Origin: an uncultured virus (IMG/VR IMGVR_UViG_3300020207_000018)
Taxonomy: Duplodnaviria > Heunggongvirae > Uroviricota > Caudoviricetes
Direction: 5' to 3' (one strand)
Virus record (IMG/VR): IMGVR_UViG_3300020207_000018
Coordinates: 1 to 64,000 of that record
DNA length: 64,000 nucleotides
The notes below the pieces were generated by a model. That model was not told the origin of the DNA. It saw nothing but the letters and a program-made list of their open reading frames with translations, and did no database searches. A program made the translations under genes and the position numbers. Of this stretch, positions 28,974-39,406 are shown piece after piece. Position 1 is the stretch's first letter. Every line of letters begins with the position of its first letter.

Positions 28974-29471
28974 TTAAACGACTCTTTCCCAGTGTGAGTA
29001 TTGGAATTCAACATCAAATGTCTCCAATGCATCGACTGTTTCGTAAGATAGGTCAATCGCACCAATATTGGTTGGGAACATGTTGAAGAATTCGTATCTT
29101 GCTAACACTGAATCGTCTTTGTTAAGTTGTTCGACAAATGCTCTGTCTACGAGGTAATCTAATGATGTGATACCTTCACCAGAATCTAAAGCTTGAATGT
29201 CTTGTTGCCAATTTTCAATAGCTGTTCTTGATGAAAACTCAATATCATTAATAATTGTAACAGTCCAAGGTTCGAATGTTCTATCTCCTGCGAGTTTAAG
29301 AACATGTCCTCTGAACTGTTGTTCAACTACACCTACTGTAGCAGCTGGGATTTGTGCAGCCTGACATAAGAATTCAATCTTATTGCCAGATCGTGGTATA
29401 AAAACTCTGAATCGGTTAGCTCTTGGCCCACCGCCGAGTAATTGTGCTTTAAATTGATCTATAGTTGCCAT
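28974..29471 (-). CDS. gp19: Tail tube protein gp19
   Basis: GGGPRANRF, AGDRTFEPWTVTIIND, FPTNIGAIDL. Confidence 0.95.
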   Translation of the reverse strand: MATIDQFKAQLLGGGPRANRFRVFIPRSGNKIEFLCQAAQIPAATVGVVEQQFRGHVLKLAGDRTFEPWTVTIINDIEFSSRTAIENWQQDIQALDSGEGITSLDYLVDRAFVEQLNKDDSVLARYEFFNMFPTNIGAIDLSYETVDALETFDVEFQYSHWERVV

Positions 29472-29482
29472 TCTTTACTCCC

Positions 29483-31486
29483 TTAAACTGCTCCGTATAT
29501 TTCTTCGAACTCTACGCCACTTCTTGCAGCTACAAAGTTCAAGGTTATATAGTTGATTGACTTAGCAGGTTTCACAAAGATTGAACAAACAAATTCGTTT
29601 CTATCAATCACTGTGTCTGTGTTATTTGTTTCGTCACAAAGAACTGAGAAGTCTACTAAACCTCTTCTATTTTTAACGTCTCTTAAGAAAGGTTCTACCG
29701 CAGCTCTAAATTGTGCTCTTGTGAATGCATCGTTGAATTCAAAGAGTTGTGCTTTAGCAGCTGTTGCTATTGCTTTCTCTAATACTATGAACAATCTTCT
29801 AACGTTAATTCTGTCAAAGGCGCTTGGTACTGATAGTGCTGTTTTGTCACCGAATAGTACTGTACCTTGTCCAGCAAATGTTACGATTGGGTTGATTCTG
29901 TTTCTATACAGATCGTCTCTTGAGGATTGTGAAGGATTGAAAGCAAGTTTTGAAATACCAAGATACTGACCTCTATTAAATCCTGCTGGTGAGAACCATG
30001 GATCTTGTAGTAAATCTGATCTTGACATAACTCCTGCTGTGTGTCCACAACCTGGTACCCATACGTACTTGTCGTTAAATCTGTCATATTGATATACCCA
30101 TCCTGAGTCTATAACTGCATATGATGATGAAGTAATGCCTGCAAAGTCAGCAATAACGTTTGTTGCTTGAGTTGACTCTGAAGATACTCCAACTACAGAT
30201 GCTCTATCTGGTGAACAAACTACTAAACAATCTTTTCTTAATTCAGCAATGTTGATCGCTTCGTTAATTAAAGAATTTGAATGTACTTGAGCTGCCCCAC
30301 CGTCAATGTGCATAGCTGCGCTTTCATATACTCTGTTTGAACCTACGATTAGGAAAGAGATATCTACTGTTTCTGCATCAGCAAAGTGTGTGTTCCATGC
30401 TGAGGTTTTTTCTGCTACTGAGTTGTAATTACCGTCTGCACCACCTGATAGTGATGAATTCTCTGGTAATGCTGGTCTTAAGAAAGCAGTACCTACTGCT
30501 GTTGCAAGTGTTCTGTGTTCACTAGCTGTTGTCAACATTGCTGTTGAGTGACCTGACCAGTATATGTAATTTGAGTCTCTTGCTATTACGTCTCTGTAAT
30601 AGTTTGATGAACCTTGTGAATCTTTAGCGTCTGAGGCTAACGATACAAATCCAAAGGTTTCTAAAACTTCGTTTTTAGTTCCAGATATTACGCCATCTTC
30701 GTCTACGACTACTACGTGAATTTCATCGTTAGATGCACCTACTAGAGCAGCTGATGCTGAACTTCCTGGTGCTTTGTCGAATAGGTTATAAAATTCCCAA
30801 TATCTGTCAATATTTGTGTTGTCCAAAACGTCTTCTACCAAACCTGTACCTGATGGTTTGTTTATTGCTTCGATTGAAAGATCATTAATCGCAATAGCTG
30901 TCACTCTGTATAATTGTGAATGACTTGCAAATTTAATGATATCTCTAACTAAGAACGCTGAACCATCGTCAACTGCGATTGTTGAATCGCCTTTTGAATA
31001 GTTCAATGCGTTGTCTACAGCTGAGACTGCATCATTAAAATAAGCATTGCTAGATGCACATACTGAAACTTTAATTGAGTTTCCTAATGCACCTGCGTAT
31101 TTTGAGATCCATTTTCCGACTGTTGCTGATGATGAGCCGCTTTCAAATGAACCTTCATAATCACTTTCGTTCTTTAGAAGTGTTGCTGAGTTTCCTGCTT
31201 GGTTTGCACTAAAGAGACCAGAATTATTAATTCTAACCACTCTAAGAGCAGAACCGTATCGCAAAAATGAGTCTGCTGAGTAAAAATCTTCAGCCCCAGC
31301 GTCTGAGTCTGCTGGTTTGTAGAACTCATCAACTAACTGTTGTCCGCTTGAAACTGTCTTTACCTCATCAACAGGGCCCCATTGAAAAACACCAGCGAAT
31401 GCACCTACTGTAGAAGATACTGCTGGAACAACATTCGAAAGGTCAACTTCTCTGACCTGTACGCCTGGTGATACTTGAAATGCCAT
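29483..31486 (-). CDS. gp18: Tail sheath protein gp18
   Basis: SPGVQVREVD, WFSPAGFNRG, FDRINVRRLF, FEFNDAFTR. Confidence 0.97.
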   Translation of the reverse strand: MAFQVSPGVQVREVDLSNVVPAVSSTVGAFAGVFQWGPVDEVKTVSSGQQLVDEFYKPADSDAGAEDFYSADSFLRYGSALRVVRINNSGLFSANQAGNSATLLKNESDYEGSFESGSSSATVGKWISKYAGALGNSIKVSVCASSNAYFNDAVSAVDNALNYSKGDSTIAVDDGSAFLVRDIIKFASHSQLYRVTAIAINDLSIEAINKPSGTGLVEDVLDNTNIDRYWEFYNLFDKAPGSSASAALVGASNDEIHVVVVDEDGVISGTKNEVLETFGFVSLASDAKDSQGSSNYYRDVIARDSNYIYWSGHSTAMLTTASEHRTLATAVGTAFLRPALPENSSLSGGADGNYNSVAEKTSAWNTHFADAETVDISFLIVGSNRVYESAAMHIDGGAAQVHSNSLINEAINIAELRKDCLVVCSPDRASVVGVSSESTQATNVIADFAGITSSSYAVIDSGWVYQYDRFNDKYVWVPGCGHTAGVMSRSDLLQDPWFSPAGFNRGQYLGISKLAFNPSQSSRDDLYRNRINPIVTFAGQGTVLFGDKTALSVPSAFDRINVRRLFIVLEKAIATAAKAQLFEFNDAFTRAQFRAAVEPFLRDVKNRRGLVDFSVLCDETNNTDTVIDRNEFVCSIFVKPAKSINYITLNFVAARSGVEFEEIYGAV

Positions 31487-31524
31487 ACTTTTCTCCTGTT
31501 AATGTAAAAAGTTGTTTACACTTT

Positions 31525-31532
31525 TATTTATA
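31525..31532 (-). promoter_or_regulatory. T4 late promoter TATAAATA (gp18)
   Basis: Exact consensus. Confidence 0.8.
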
Positions 31533-31544
31533 TTATTATGTACT

Positions 31545-33125
31545 CTAAGACTGCTCTAAAAACCATCTATCGCCATTTGAGTCAACAAAAGTATCATTTT
31601 CTTCTTGACCAAATACGCCTGGTGGCAAGATATCATCTTCAATTAACTTCTGCTGTTCAGCATACAGTAAGTTTTTTACCGCATGATCAGTTAAATGGAA
31701 GAAGTAGTCGGTTGTAATAAACCAACTAAAAAGAACTAAATTCATGACCATGTCGTCATGATATCCTCTATCTGCTTCGAATGATGAACCCTTGTTAACA
31801 AAGGTCATTAACTCCGTGATTGTAGCACGGTCTACGAGTAATAGTTTATTTTCCTCTAATAATTCTTTCATGGTAGAACAACCAACCCTTTTGATTCTTC
31901 TACTCATTGTTATCCCTATGTCATCTGCTTTAGTCTGTCCTTGAACAAATACGTTTGGGTATTCTATATCATAATGTAACTGTTTTGCTACCATGCCACC
32001 TTCGGCATTGTTCTCAATAATAACTAATGCATCATTATAGGGTCTGCAATACTTATTTATAAAATCTGGGTAGAGCATAGGACTTATAGTATTATCTCTA
32101 TAAGTACACACTTGTTTAAATGGTTTAGATGTAACATCGAAGATACTAAATGTAGAGAAGTCAATACCTCTTCCTTGAGATACATCAACGGTACAAACAT
32201 ATACGTGGTCCTTAATAGGTTTTTCGTAGACGTTAACACCATCTCTATTCCAATCTGGATCAACTGCTCTCATACCTAATAAAGTATTACTATTGATCAG
32301 TGTGTTACCTGTACCTAAGAAACTATTACCATACTCTTGTTCAAACTGTGCTTCTGAGGTGTTTGCAATGGTTTCTTTCTTCCATTCTTCATCTCTGCCA
32401 GGCACATCATACCAGTTGATTGTGAATGGTTTATACTCAGATTGTTCATGTATTGCAGATTCGTATATCTTATGGAACATATTACCCACACCATTTGCAG
32501 TTGATGTAATGATAACTTTAGAGTCTTTACCTGAGGTAACTACAGGATATGTAGCAGTATAGAATGTCTCTGCATCTTCTACGAATGCAAACTCATCGAG
32601 GTATAACATGTTAATTGACATACCACGAATAGATGATGAAGATGTTGCAGCTGCCACGATCTTGGAATCGTTACCAAATTCTATATTACCCTTGTTAAGT
32701 ATCTTTACACCTGGTTGGAGAAAGAATGGAACAGTCTCCAACATGGTTACGATACGTGCTATCATCTCCCTTGCAATTGCACCTTTGTTCGCTAGGATCG
32801 CAACCGTGACTTCGGGAGTGAACAGTAGATACCATAGTAGATATGCACAAGAAGTAATAGATTTACCTGACTGTCTAGCAGCTAGAACTACACTAAAACG
32901 ACTATCTTTGAAATGATTAATTAACTTTTCTTGGTAACCACGAAGATTAAATGGTACAAGACCTTCATCTAGTGATATAATTTGTGTATAGTTTTGAATA
33001 AAATGACAAGGGTCAGTAGAACACTTCATGTATTCTTTCAACTCTTCTTCGGTATATTGGTGTTCTACTCCTGCACGTTTGACAAGATTATTACCAAGAT
33101 AACCTTCGTTTTTTGCCTTAACCAT
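31545..33125 (-). CDS. gp17: Terminase large subunit gp17
   Basis: ARQSGKS, YLDEFAFV, ITSTANG, HDDMVM. Confidence 0.97.
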   Translation of the reverse strand: MVKAKNEGYLGNNLVKRAGVEHQYTEEELKEYMKCSTDPCHFIQNYTQIISLDEGLVPFNLRGYQEKLINHFKDSRFSVVLAARQSGKSITSCAYLLWYLLFTPEVTVAILANKGAIAREMIARIVTMLETVPFFLQPGVKILNKGNIEFGNDSKIVAAATSSSSIRGMSINMLYLDEFAFVEDAETFYTATYPVVTSGKDSKVIITSTANGVGNMFHKIYESAIHEQSEYKPFTINWYDVPGRDEEWKKETIANTSEAQFEQEYGNSFLGTGNTLINSNTLLGMRAVDPDWNRDGVNVYEKPIKDHVYVCTVDVSQGRGIDFSTFSIFDVTSKPFKQVCTYRDNTISPMLYPDFINKYCRPYNDALVIIENNAEGGMVAKQLHYDIEYPNVFVQGQTKADDIGITMSRRIKRVGCSTMKELLEENKLLLVDRATITELMTFVNKGSSFEADRGYHDDMVMNLVLFSWFITTDYFFHLTDHAVKNLLYAEQQKLIEDDILPPGVFGQEENDTFVDSNGDRWFLEQS

Positions 33126-33523
33126 TAATCTTTATTCTTTTTTAAAAACTTTTGCAACTCAGACGTTGACCCAACATACAAGTGATTGTGTTGTGTTCCT
33201 ATCTTTTGTGTTTCTTCGTCTTCTAGTTTCTTTAACTTGCTTTGTAGGTCTATAAGTTTTTCTGCTGTTTCACCCACTGTTTTAATAAGTTGACCTGCAA
33301 CTTCATAGGCCCGTGGATGTTCTGTCTCTTTGGATAGTTCTAAGATGCCATCGATTGCATCTTGTCCTCGTTCTACGAGATTATAGAGATTCTCTCTAGC
33401 GTATCGGTAGTCTGTTTCAATGTTGTCTGTTCTATCAGGCAACTTCTTAACAACTTCAGCTGTTTGAGTTTTAATTTCTGATTCGATATCCAAGATATCG
33501 TTTAATTTTTCGTCTGTGTTCAT
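33125..33523 (-). CDS. gp16: Terminase small subunit gp16
   Basis: DYRYARENL, HPRAYEVAGQL, VGSTSELQK. Confidence 0.92.
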   Translation of the reverse strand: MNTDEKLNDILDIESEIKTQTAEVVKKLPDRTDNIETDYRYARENLYNLVERGQDAIDGILELSKETEHPRAYEVAGQLIKTVGETAEKLIDLQSKLKKLEDEETQKIGTQHNHLYVGSTSELQKFLKKNKD

Positions 33524-33537
33524 ACTATATTTGACTA

Positions 33538-34584
33538 TTATGTAGAGTCTGTTGTAACTGTATCGGCATAATCGATGTTTGTACCATCGTCATAGAACGT
33601 TACAGTTTCAGCAACTACAAAGGTGTCACCTGGTTCTACAGAACCTACAAACATAATAGTTTTAGGTTCATCTAAAGTTATTGCAGCTGATAAAACTATT
33701 GATAATCTATCTTCTGCAATACTACTAATCGTTGGATTAGGTGTGTTACCTGTATAAAAAACTTCGTCTTCTACATTTATCTTACTATTTATTGCAGTAT
33801 CAAAAGTCACTGTTGTAGAATTAGATACGACATTTGCAACAGCTGAAAATGCAGGTTCATAGTGTTTGACTTCTTTAACTAGACCAGAACTATTGATTTG
33901 AGATGTTGTAAACTGTCCAGATCCGTCTGATATAAAGTCTCTTTCGATAACATTAGTAATGATATCACCTGTGTAAACTGGTCCAAAGAAGTATAACTTC
34001 ATTGTAAACCCTAATGTATATTCTATAACTCTTCTACTTTCAAAGTCTGCCTCGTAATCGTCTGTCATAGACACACTGTTTAAAACAATAGGCACGTCTC
34101 TGACCTCAGACATATCATCTATCATCTTCATTGTTACTGTATATTCAGGTTGAAAATATGGTAATATTTGTTCTACAATCTGCAATGCATCGTTTTGATT
34201 TTTAGCTAGTACTGATAACTCAAACTCTATATCATATGGTGCTGGTGAATACTGAAATTTTCTATCGGTGTTGTTTGTCTCTATTGTTGCTTTCTTTGTT
34301 CTTATTAACTTGTTCTGTTGTCTATTTGCATCGTAGTTAAATGCTGAAATTTGGAATGCCATTCTTGGCAAACTAATAGCACTTCTATTGTTATCTGTTA
34401 GATCAGGCTCTTCTGCTAGTCTGTTTATAAATTTTTGAGCAGGACCATATGAGATTGGCACTAATGTTCGAGATAGTACTGTACCATCTGATTTTGTTTT
34501 TTTGATATAGATATTATTGAACAAGGTACCAAATATTGATACCGATCTCTTAATAGTTTCGTTATAAAAATAAGTACCGAACAT
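33538..34584 (-). CDS. gp15: Tail sheath stabilizer gp15 with C-terminal extension
   Basis: YFYNETIKR, FGTLFN, VPISYGP, LPRM, QIVEQILPYFQP. Confidence 0.92.
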   Translation of the reverse strand: MFGTYFYNETIKRSVSIFGTLFNNIYIKKTKSDGTVLSRTLVPISYGPAQKFINRLAEEPDLTDNNRSAISLPRMAFQISAFNYDANRQQNKLIRTKKATIETNNTDRKFQYSPAPYDIEFELSVLAKNQNDALQIVEQILPYFQPEYTVTMKMIDDMSEVRDVPIVLNSVSMTDDYEADFESRRVIEYTLGFTMKLYFFGPVYTGDIITNVIERDFISDGSGQFTTSQINSSGLVKEVKHYEPAFSAVANVVSNSTTVTFDTAINSKINVEDEVFYTGNTPNPTISSIAEDRLSIVLSAAITLDEPKTIMFVGSVEPGDTFVVAETVTFYDDGTNIDYADTVTTDST

Positions 34585-35438
34585 TATGGTTCACCAAATG
34601 GATTAGTTTCACTGAAGTCTAAGTATGAAGACTCAGCATCTTCAAATTCTTTATTGTCTGCCTGAGGATCGTTAGACATAGTCATAACGTCATCAACCGA
34701 TGAGACTGTAAATGAGGCTGATGAAACAGCACCTAGTAATACATCACCAGTCTCTAGTGTTGTTGTATTATCTTTAAGTCTGAGTAATCTTGTATCTGCT
34801 CTCCATAGAACAACTTCACCCACAACTGTACCATTTAGTGTGACATCTTCATTGACTGCAAACGTTCCTGTACCACCAGCATCCATTGTTAGATCAATGC
34901 TGTATGCTTGTTCGTCTTCTATCTGATCTATGCCTGAGATATCTGTATCAAAATCTTCACCACTATATTCAAACAATTCACATCTAAGTTTAAATACAAA
35001 TAGTTTACCAACTTGATAGAAAGGGTCTTCGTGTTCTACAAATTTGATTTCAAACATTGAACCTGATAAAGGAAAATATATCAGATCGCCTTCGTTAGGT
35101 CTTAGTGATGTTGCAAGGTTTGTATCTAAAGAAATGAATCTTTCCCATGACCTCAGAGAAATGACAAAGGTCGCTTGATCTCTAACTTGAATACCAAACT
35201 TAGACATGAGATCGCCTTCGCCTTCAAAACCATCAGTGTTTTCGATATACATCTCAACACTGTATGCATCACCAAAAGTGGACTGAACATCTTCATTAAA
35301 GATTGTGTCTTCTTCTACAATTTCTCTTGGTAAATAAAATGTTTCATGACCATACATACGTAGAGCTTCGACAACGATATCTTCATAAAGATGTTGCTCA
35401 GTGTTAACTGCATGATTAAAAAACACATTTGTTGGCAT
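34584..35438 (-). CDS. gp14: Neck protein gp14
   Basis: YLPRE, SKFG, RPNEGDLIYFP, FEIKFVEHEDPFYQ. Confidence 0.92.
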   Translation of the reverse strand: MPTNVFFNHAVNTEQHLYEDIVVEALRMYGHETFYLPREIVEEDTIFNEDVQSTFGDAYSVEMYIENTDGFEGEGDLMSKFGIQVRDQATFVISLRSWERFISLDTNLATSLRPNEGDLIYFPLSGSMFEIKFVEHEDPFYQVGKLFVFKLRCELFEYSGEDFDTDISGIDQIEDEQAYSIDLTMDAGGTGTFAVNEDVTLNGTVVGEVVLWRADTRLLRLKDNTTTLETGDVLLGAVSSASFTVSSVDDVMTMSNDPQADNKEFEDAESSYLDFSETNPFGEP

Positions 35439-35440
35439 AA

Positions 35441-36256
35441 TTAACCTATCATATCAAGTACTGGCATTTCGTGGTTCAGTCTTGATTCTTCTTCTAATCT
35501 TCGAATTTCTTCCTGTGCTTCTGATTTCATTTGAGAAGCATCTAATTGTACACCACCTGGCAATGCAATACCTGTAAACTTGGATAAATTTTCACCCCAT
35601 TGATACTTGACTAATGCTGTGGCATATTTCTTTAACCACATATCATCGTATACATCTGTAAATGTAGTTGGGTCTAACTTTCTATAACACTCAATGATAA
35701 TGTATTCATTGGCGCTAATACTATCGACATCCATATCTAGGTACAATCTGTTCATATGTTGATTGTATCTAATTGGTTGTCTGCCAACTAACACTCTATC
35801 TAACAACTGAATGTGTTGTTGTACTTGTGTGTAGTATAAGATATTTGTTGAAGTTAAATCCCAAAGATCATTCAATCTTAATTGATATCTAAGATCAAAC
35901 ATATTGAGGTTGTTTTTGTCGTGGAATGGAAAGATGTTCATTACTGCTGTAACAAACTCAGGCAATACGATATAGTTTTGTTGAAGTTCAAATGCTTCAT
36001 CATCGTATGCATGTGTACCAGCTGCACTCTCAGTTAAAGACTCATTCGTCTTCATAGTAGTTTTTTTGGCACTGGTTATCTTGTGCTTTAGATACACCTT
36101 CATCGAGCCATCGTAATGGTACTGATAAAAGTACTGTAGCGCTTCGTCTACTCTATCATCTAATTGATCTTCATCAACGTTGATTTCAAGAACAGGCGCA
36201 CCAAGTTTTCTTTTGATGTATTCTTTTAATTCGTCTTTGGTTGTTGGTTTTGCCAT
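35441..36256 (-). CDS. gp13: Neck protein gp13
   Basis: LGAPVLEINV, WLKKYATALVKYQWGENLSKF, LPGGV. Confidence 0.93.
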   Translation of the reverse strand: MAKPTTKDELKEYIKRKLGAPVLEINVDEDQLDDRVDEALQYFYQYHYDGSMKVYLKHKITSAKKTTMKTNESLTESAAGTHAYDDEAFELQQNYIVLPEFVTAVMNIFPFHDKNNLNMFDLRYQLRLNDLWDLTSTNILYYTQVQQHIQLLDRVLVGRQPIRYNQHMNRLYLDMDVDSISANEYIIIECYRKLDPTTFTDVYDDMWLKKYATALVKYQWGENLSKFTGIALPGGVQLDASQMKSEAQEEIRRLEEESRLNHEMPVLDMIG

Positions 36257-36295
36257 AAGTAGTATTCCTGTCTGCTACTACTATTTATGCAAATT

Positions 36296-36556
36296 CTAAT
36301 CTTGGAAATATGTTTTAGTTTGGAGTCTATCAAGTTTTTCGTCAATTCTCTCCATAGTTTCGATGATACGACCTAAATCTTTGTCTAGTTCAGTTCTGGT
36401 GACATATTCTTTTGCTACTTCTTCACGTGTCTTATTGATTAAAATATCTAATCTTTTTTGTTCGGACAATATGTTACGTACTAGCAAACCTATCGGTGCT
36501 AATATAAACGTAAGAAGTACATTCCATATGATGTGAGCGTCTATAACTATTTCCAT
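36296..36556 (-). CDS. Small membrane/coiled-coil protein
   Basis: Transmembrane helix then EYVTRTEL; late promoter at 36563-36570. Confidence 0.65.
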   Translation of the reverse strand: MEIVIDAHIIWNVLLTFILAPIGLLVRNILSEQKRLDILINKTREEVAKEYVTRTELDKDLGRIIETMERIDEKLDRLQTKTYFQD

Positions 36557-36565
36557 ATAATCTAT

Positions 36566-37261
36566 TTATAGGATCAAGTTGCCGCTTTCGTCTATATCAT
36601 ACTCAAAATTTGAATCATTCCAACCAATTCGTGAATTTTTATCATCCATGCAATTGACATCTAAATTAAAAGATATACTGTATCGATCTTTGTTTGTTAG
36701 ATTGGGTTCGACCATATGCATTAACCCACTAGGAAAAATGTATAAGTGACCTGTCTTAGGTTGTATCTGATAAGATTCAATCATTCTATTGTTGCCAGGA
36801 AATGCTCCTGCAACTTTATGATTTGTATCTATGAAAGTTAAATCGCCTTCGTCACCATCAGCATGTATATAAAATACACCTGAATAGAAACAACCATTGT
36901 GTAAGTGAGGTCTGTTCCATGCACCATTGTCATTAATGTTAGCCCATGAGTTATGCATATCAACACGGTGTGCATCTTTGTTTAATCCCATGAAAGGTAA
37001 TAACTCGTCTCTGACTAAACGTTTAATTGATCTTATACATTTAATAAAAGTTGGATGTTGATCGCAACCATCATTTGATTGCCAACCTGTATATGCATTT
37101 GATATCTTTCGACCAACAGGATCTTTCTTTCGCATACCATCAATCTCTCTTTTTAAGAGATCAAAGTATTCTGCATTCATCAATGTAGGTTCTTTATCTG
37201 CATCTTTGCCTAAAAAATCTCTATGAAAAACAAATGCAGGAAATAATAATTTTACACTCAT
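36566..37261 (-). CDS. Putative 2OG-Fe(II) oxygenase (TIGR02466-like)
   Basis: SWANIN, PHLH, SGVFY, FPSGLMHMVEPN, RYSISFN. Confidence 0.85.
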   Translation of the reverse strand: MSVKLLFPAFVFHRDFLGKDADKEPTLMNAEYFDLLKREIDGMRKKDPVGRKISNAYTGWQSNDGCDQHPTFIKCIRSIKRLVRDELLPFMGLNKDAHRVDMHNSWANINDNGAWNRPHLHNGCFYSGVFYIHADGDEGDLTFIDTNHKVAGAFPGNNRMIESYQIQPKTGHLYIFPSGLMHMVEPNLTNKDRYSISFNLDVNCMDDKNSRIGWNDSNFEYDIDESGNLIL

Positions 37262-38106
37262 TCTTCTACCTCATTATGAAAAGGACATTCAGGTGGTGGT
37301 TCATCTTCTTTGAAGTATTTACCTTTTTCTTGCCAATAACCTTCGTTTCTATATGGCCCAAGTTTAGTTCCCCTTAGTCTTGATTCATCGGAGTATTCTC
37401 TTCTACCTTGTTCATCCATAGACATCATTTCTGCATGTGAAGTTACTGAACTTCTGTTGTCCTGAAATTCTCTAGGACTACGTAATGTATACGTAGAATT
37501 CCATTCTTCTCTTTTAAAAGGAATAACCTGACACAATGGTGTGCCTTTTTTTATAGTAAATGAATGATTAACTCTAGGATAAAAAATTATTTGTGAATTA
37601 TCTTGGCTCACATTGAACTTATCTGTATCGATAATTCCTTGCCATGTAGCAAAGTATCTATTTTGAAATAAGAAAGGGTCTAAGTAAAGACATGAATAAC
37701 CCTCTGGTGTTATAATGTTCCATGGGTTTCTCATTTTAAATGCATCTTTGACAGGACCATCATCGCCAAAATAATCGAAAGCATTTTCAAATTGTTCTTT
37801 GGGGTGTGTAGGTGAAGCGTAATGTTCTCCTGAAGGATCGAAAGTTCTAACGTCTGTTGTACTTACACCGTCTTTTGCATTGTTACCTACGATAACTTCC
37901 ATGTCTCTGTTTGCAAGTAGGTACCAACCACTCTTTAACCAATCATCCATAGCAGGACATGCTCTGATAGTTTGAGTATTAACACCACGTACTACTGCAT
38001 TTACTTTAATTCTTTTCCACCAATCTGGATGCCATTTCTTTGCAAGAACTGGTTTAAAGTCTCTGAGAGTCTTCTCGTTATATGTAATAAAGTCTATCGT
38101 TGGCAT
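37258..38106 (-). CDS. Conserved hypothetical protein (DUF6065-like), often near phage oxygenases
   Basis: TIRACPAMDD, NPWNIITPEGYSCLY, GIIDTD, IKKGTPLCQVIPFKR. Confidence 0.6.
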   Translation of the reverse strand: MPTIDFITYNEKTLRDFKPVLAKKWHPDWWKRIKVNAVVRGVNTQTIRACPAMDDWLKSGWYLLANRDMEVIVGNNAKDGVSTTDVRTFDPSGEHYASPTHPKEQFENAFDYFGDDGPVKDAFKMRNPWNIITPEGYSCLYLDPFLFQNRYFATWQGIIDTDKFNVSQDNSQIIFYPRVNHSFTIKKGTPLCQVIPFKREEWNSTYTLRSPREFQDNRSSVTSHAEMMSMDEQGRREYSDESRLRGTKLGPYRNEGYWQEKGKYFKEDEPPPECPFHNEVEE

Positions 38107-38815
38107 TATAAAACTCTTCGCTAACTCCTATCTCTACTTCATCGCCTCTTAAAACAATTGATCTTCTATCCATGTATCTAGCAGTTTCATTTGGTGCATC
38201 TGCACCGTGTGGTATTCTGCCGTCAAACATTACTAATCTATTTGGTACAAACTCCACTTCAGCGATTTGGTGGTTTTTAATATGTTCGTTTCTACCTTCT
38301 AAACCCTGTTGAGGTTCATCATATAATCTTAATGTGCCACCCCATTCGGGATTCCAATATGTATTGTAATAGTATAAGAAAGATAAATTCCATGAATCAT
38401 TAGTATCACAATCTGCATGAGTTGTTCCATGACAACCCATTGTCTGTGAGTTTAAACCCATGTACTGAAATCTTTTCCATTTGAAACCGAAATCTGTACA
38501 TATTCTTCTATTTAGATAGTGAGCAGGATAAGAATCTTTCTTATCAATATCTCCTTCAACATTGTGAAATCCGAAATCTTTATTGTCCCGATCAGCCTTG
38601 AAGAAACTTGCACCCCAAAAACTATGGTGAGGTAATCCTGTTGGGCTTTCGCTACCCACTTGATTTGTTTTAGACCAAATATTACTGCTTGTAAATCTTT
38701 GATTAATCCAATGCCATATAGAAGTCTCTAAGTAATTATCAATTATGTAGACTTTATCTAAAGGTAATGATTGAATATGAAAAGGAGAATCAACCTTTTC
38801 TACAAGCAGGCTCAT
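38078..38815 (-). CDS. 2OG-Fe(II) oxygenase (P4H-like)
   Basis: HAD, FLYY, WNPEWGG, PNRLVMFDGRIPH, RRSI. Confidence 0.85.
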   Translation of the reverse strand: MSLLVEKVDSPFHIQSLPLDKVYIIDNYLETSIWHWINQRFTSSNIWSKTNQVGSESPTGLPHHSFWGASFFKADRDNKDFGFHNVEGDIDKKDSYPAHYLNRRICTDFGFKWKRFQYMGLNSQTMGCHGTTHADCDTNDSWNLSFLYYYNTYWNPEWGGTLRLYDEPQQGLEGRNEHIKNHQIAEVEFVPNRLVMFDGRIPHGADAPNETARYMDRRSIVLRGDEVEIGVSEEFYNANDRLYYI

Positions 38816-38816
38816 T

Positions 38817-39368
38817 TTATGCTATTAATGACTTTTGAGGTGATGGAAAATTATTTGAATAATACTCAAAGTCTTGTAGTGTGTCTTCTCTTGTTTCGCC
38901 TATTTCATTACATACATTAACGTATACATTCCATATAACGTCTGAATATTCCATAACTCTTCTTGCATCTGATCTTAAAGGGTGATTTGAGCCCTCTCTT
39001 CCTGCTATAGTTACTTCTAGTAAATCACGGAAACCATATGCTTGTACTTGATCATCGATATAGTTTTGAGCCATATCAGATAGTTTGTTTGCATACTGAT
39101 TGTTTAATGAAACACCAGCAGGTGGTTCAGACTGATTGATATATTCTTCGATAGCATCTATTTCATCTGAGTTTAGATTTATTTTGACCTGATCGTTAAA
39201 ACATTTATCTTCTTCCCATTTCTCAATTTTAACTTCGATGTCATCGTACACCAATACATCATATTCAAAACCAAGATTTGGTCTATCTGTGTTTTCGAAA
39301 GAGTATTCTAATCCATTTGGTTTTCTAATGATTAGATTACTGTTTTCATCATAAATTAACATATTCAT
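38817..39368 (-). CDS. Hypothetical protein (possible fibre assembly factor); likely start MNMLIY at 39368
   Basis: GAGG RBS; promoter at 39378-39406. Confidence 0.55.
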   Translation of the reverse strand: MNMLIYDENSNLIIRKPNGLEYSFENTDRPNLGFEYDVLVYDDIEVKIEKWEEDKCFNDQVKINLNSDEIDAIEEYINQSEPPAGVSLNNQYANKLSDMAQNYIDDQVQAYGFRDLLEVTIAGREGSNHPLRSDARRVMEYSDVIWNVYVNVCNEIGETREDTLQDFEYYSNNFPSPQKSLIA

Positions 39369-39377
39369 AATTACCTC

Positions 39378-39406
39378 ATTATACACTTGTGTGTGTTAAA
39401 TTTCAA
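39378..39406 (-). promoter_or_regulatory. Sigma70-type promoter TTGAAA-N17-TATAAT
   Basis: Near-consensus elements with 17-nt spacing. Confidence 0.65.
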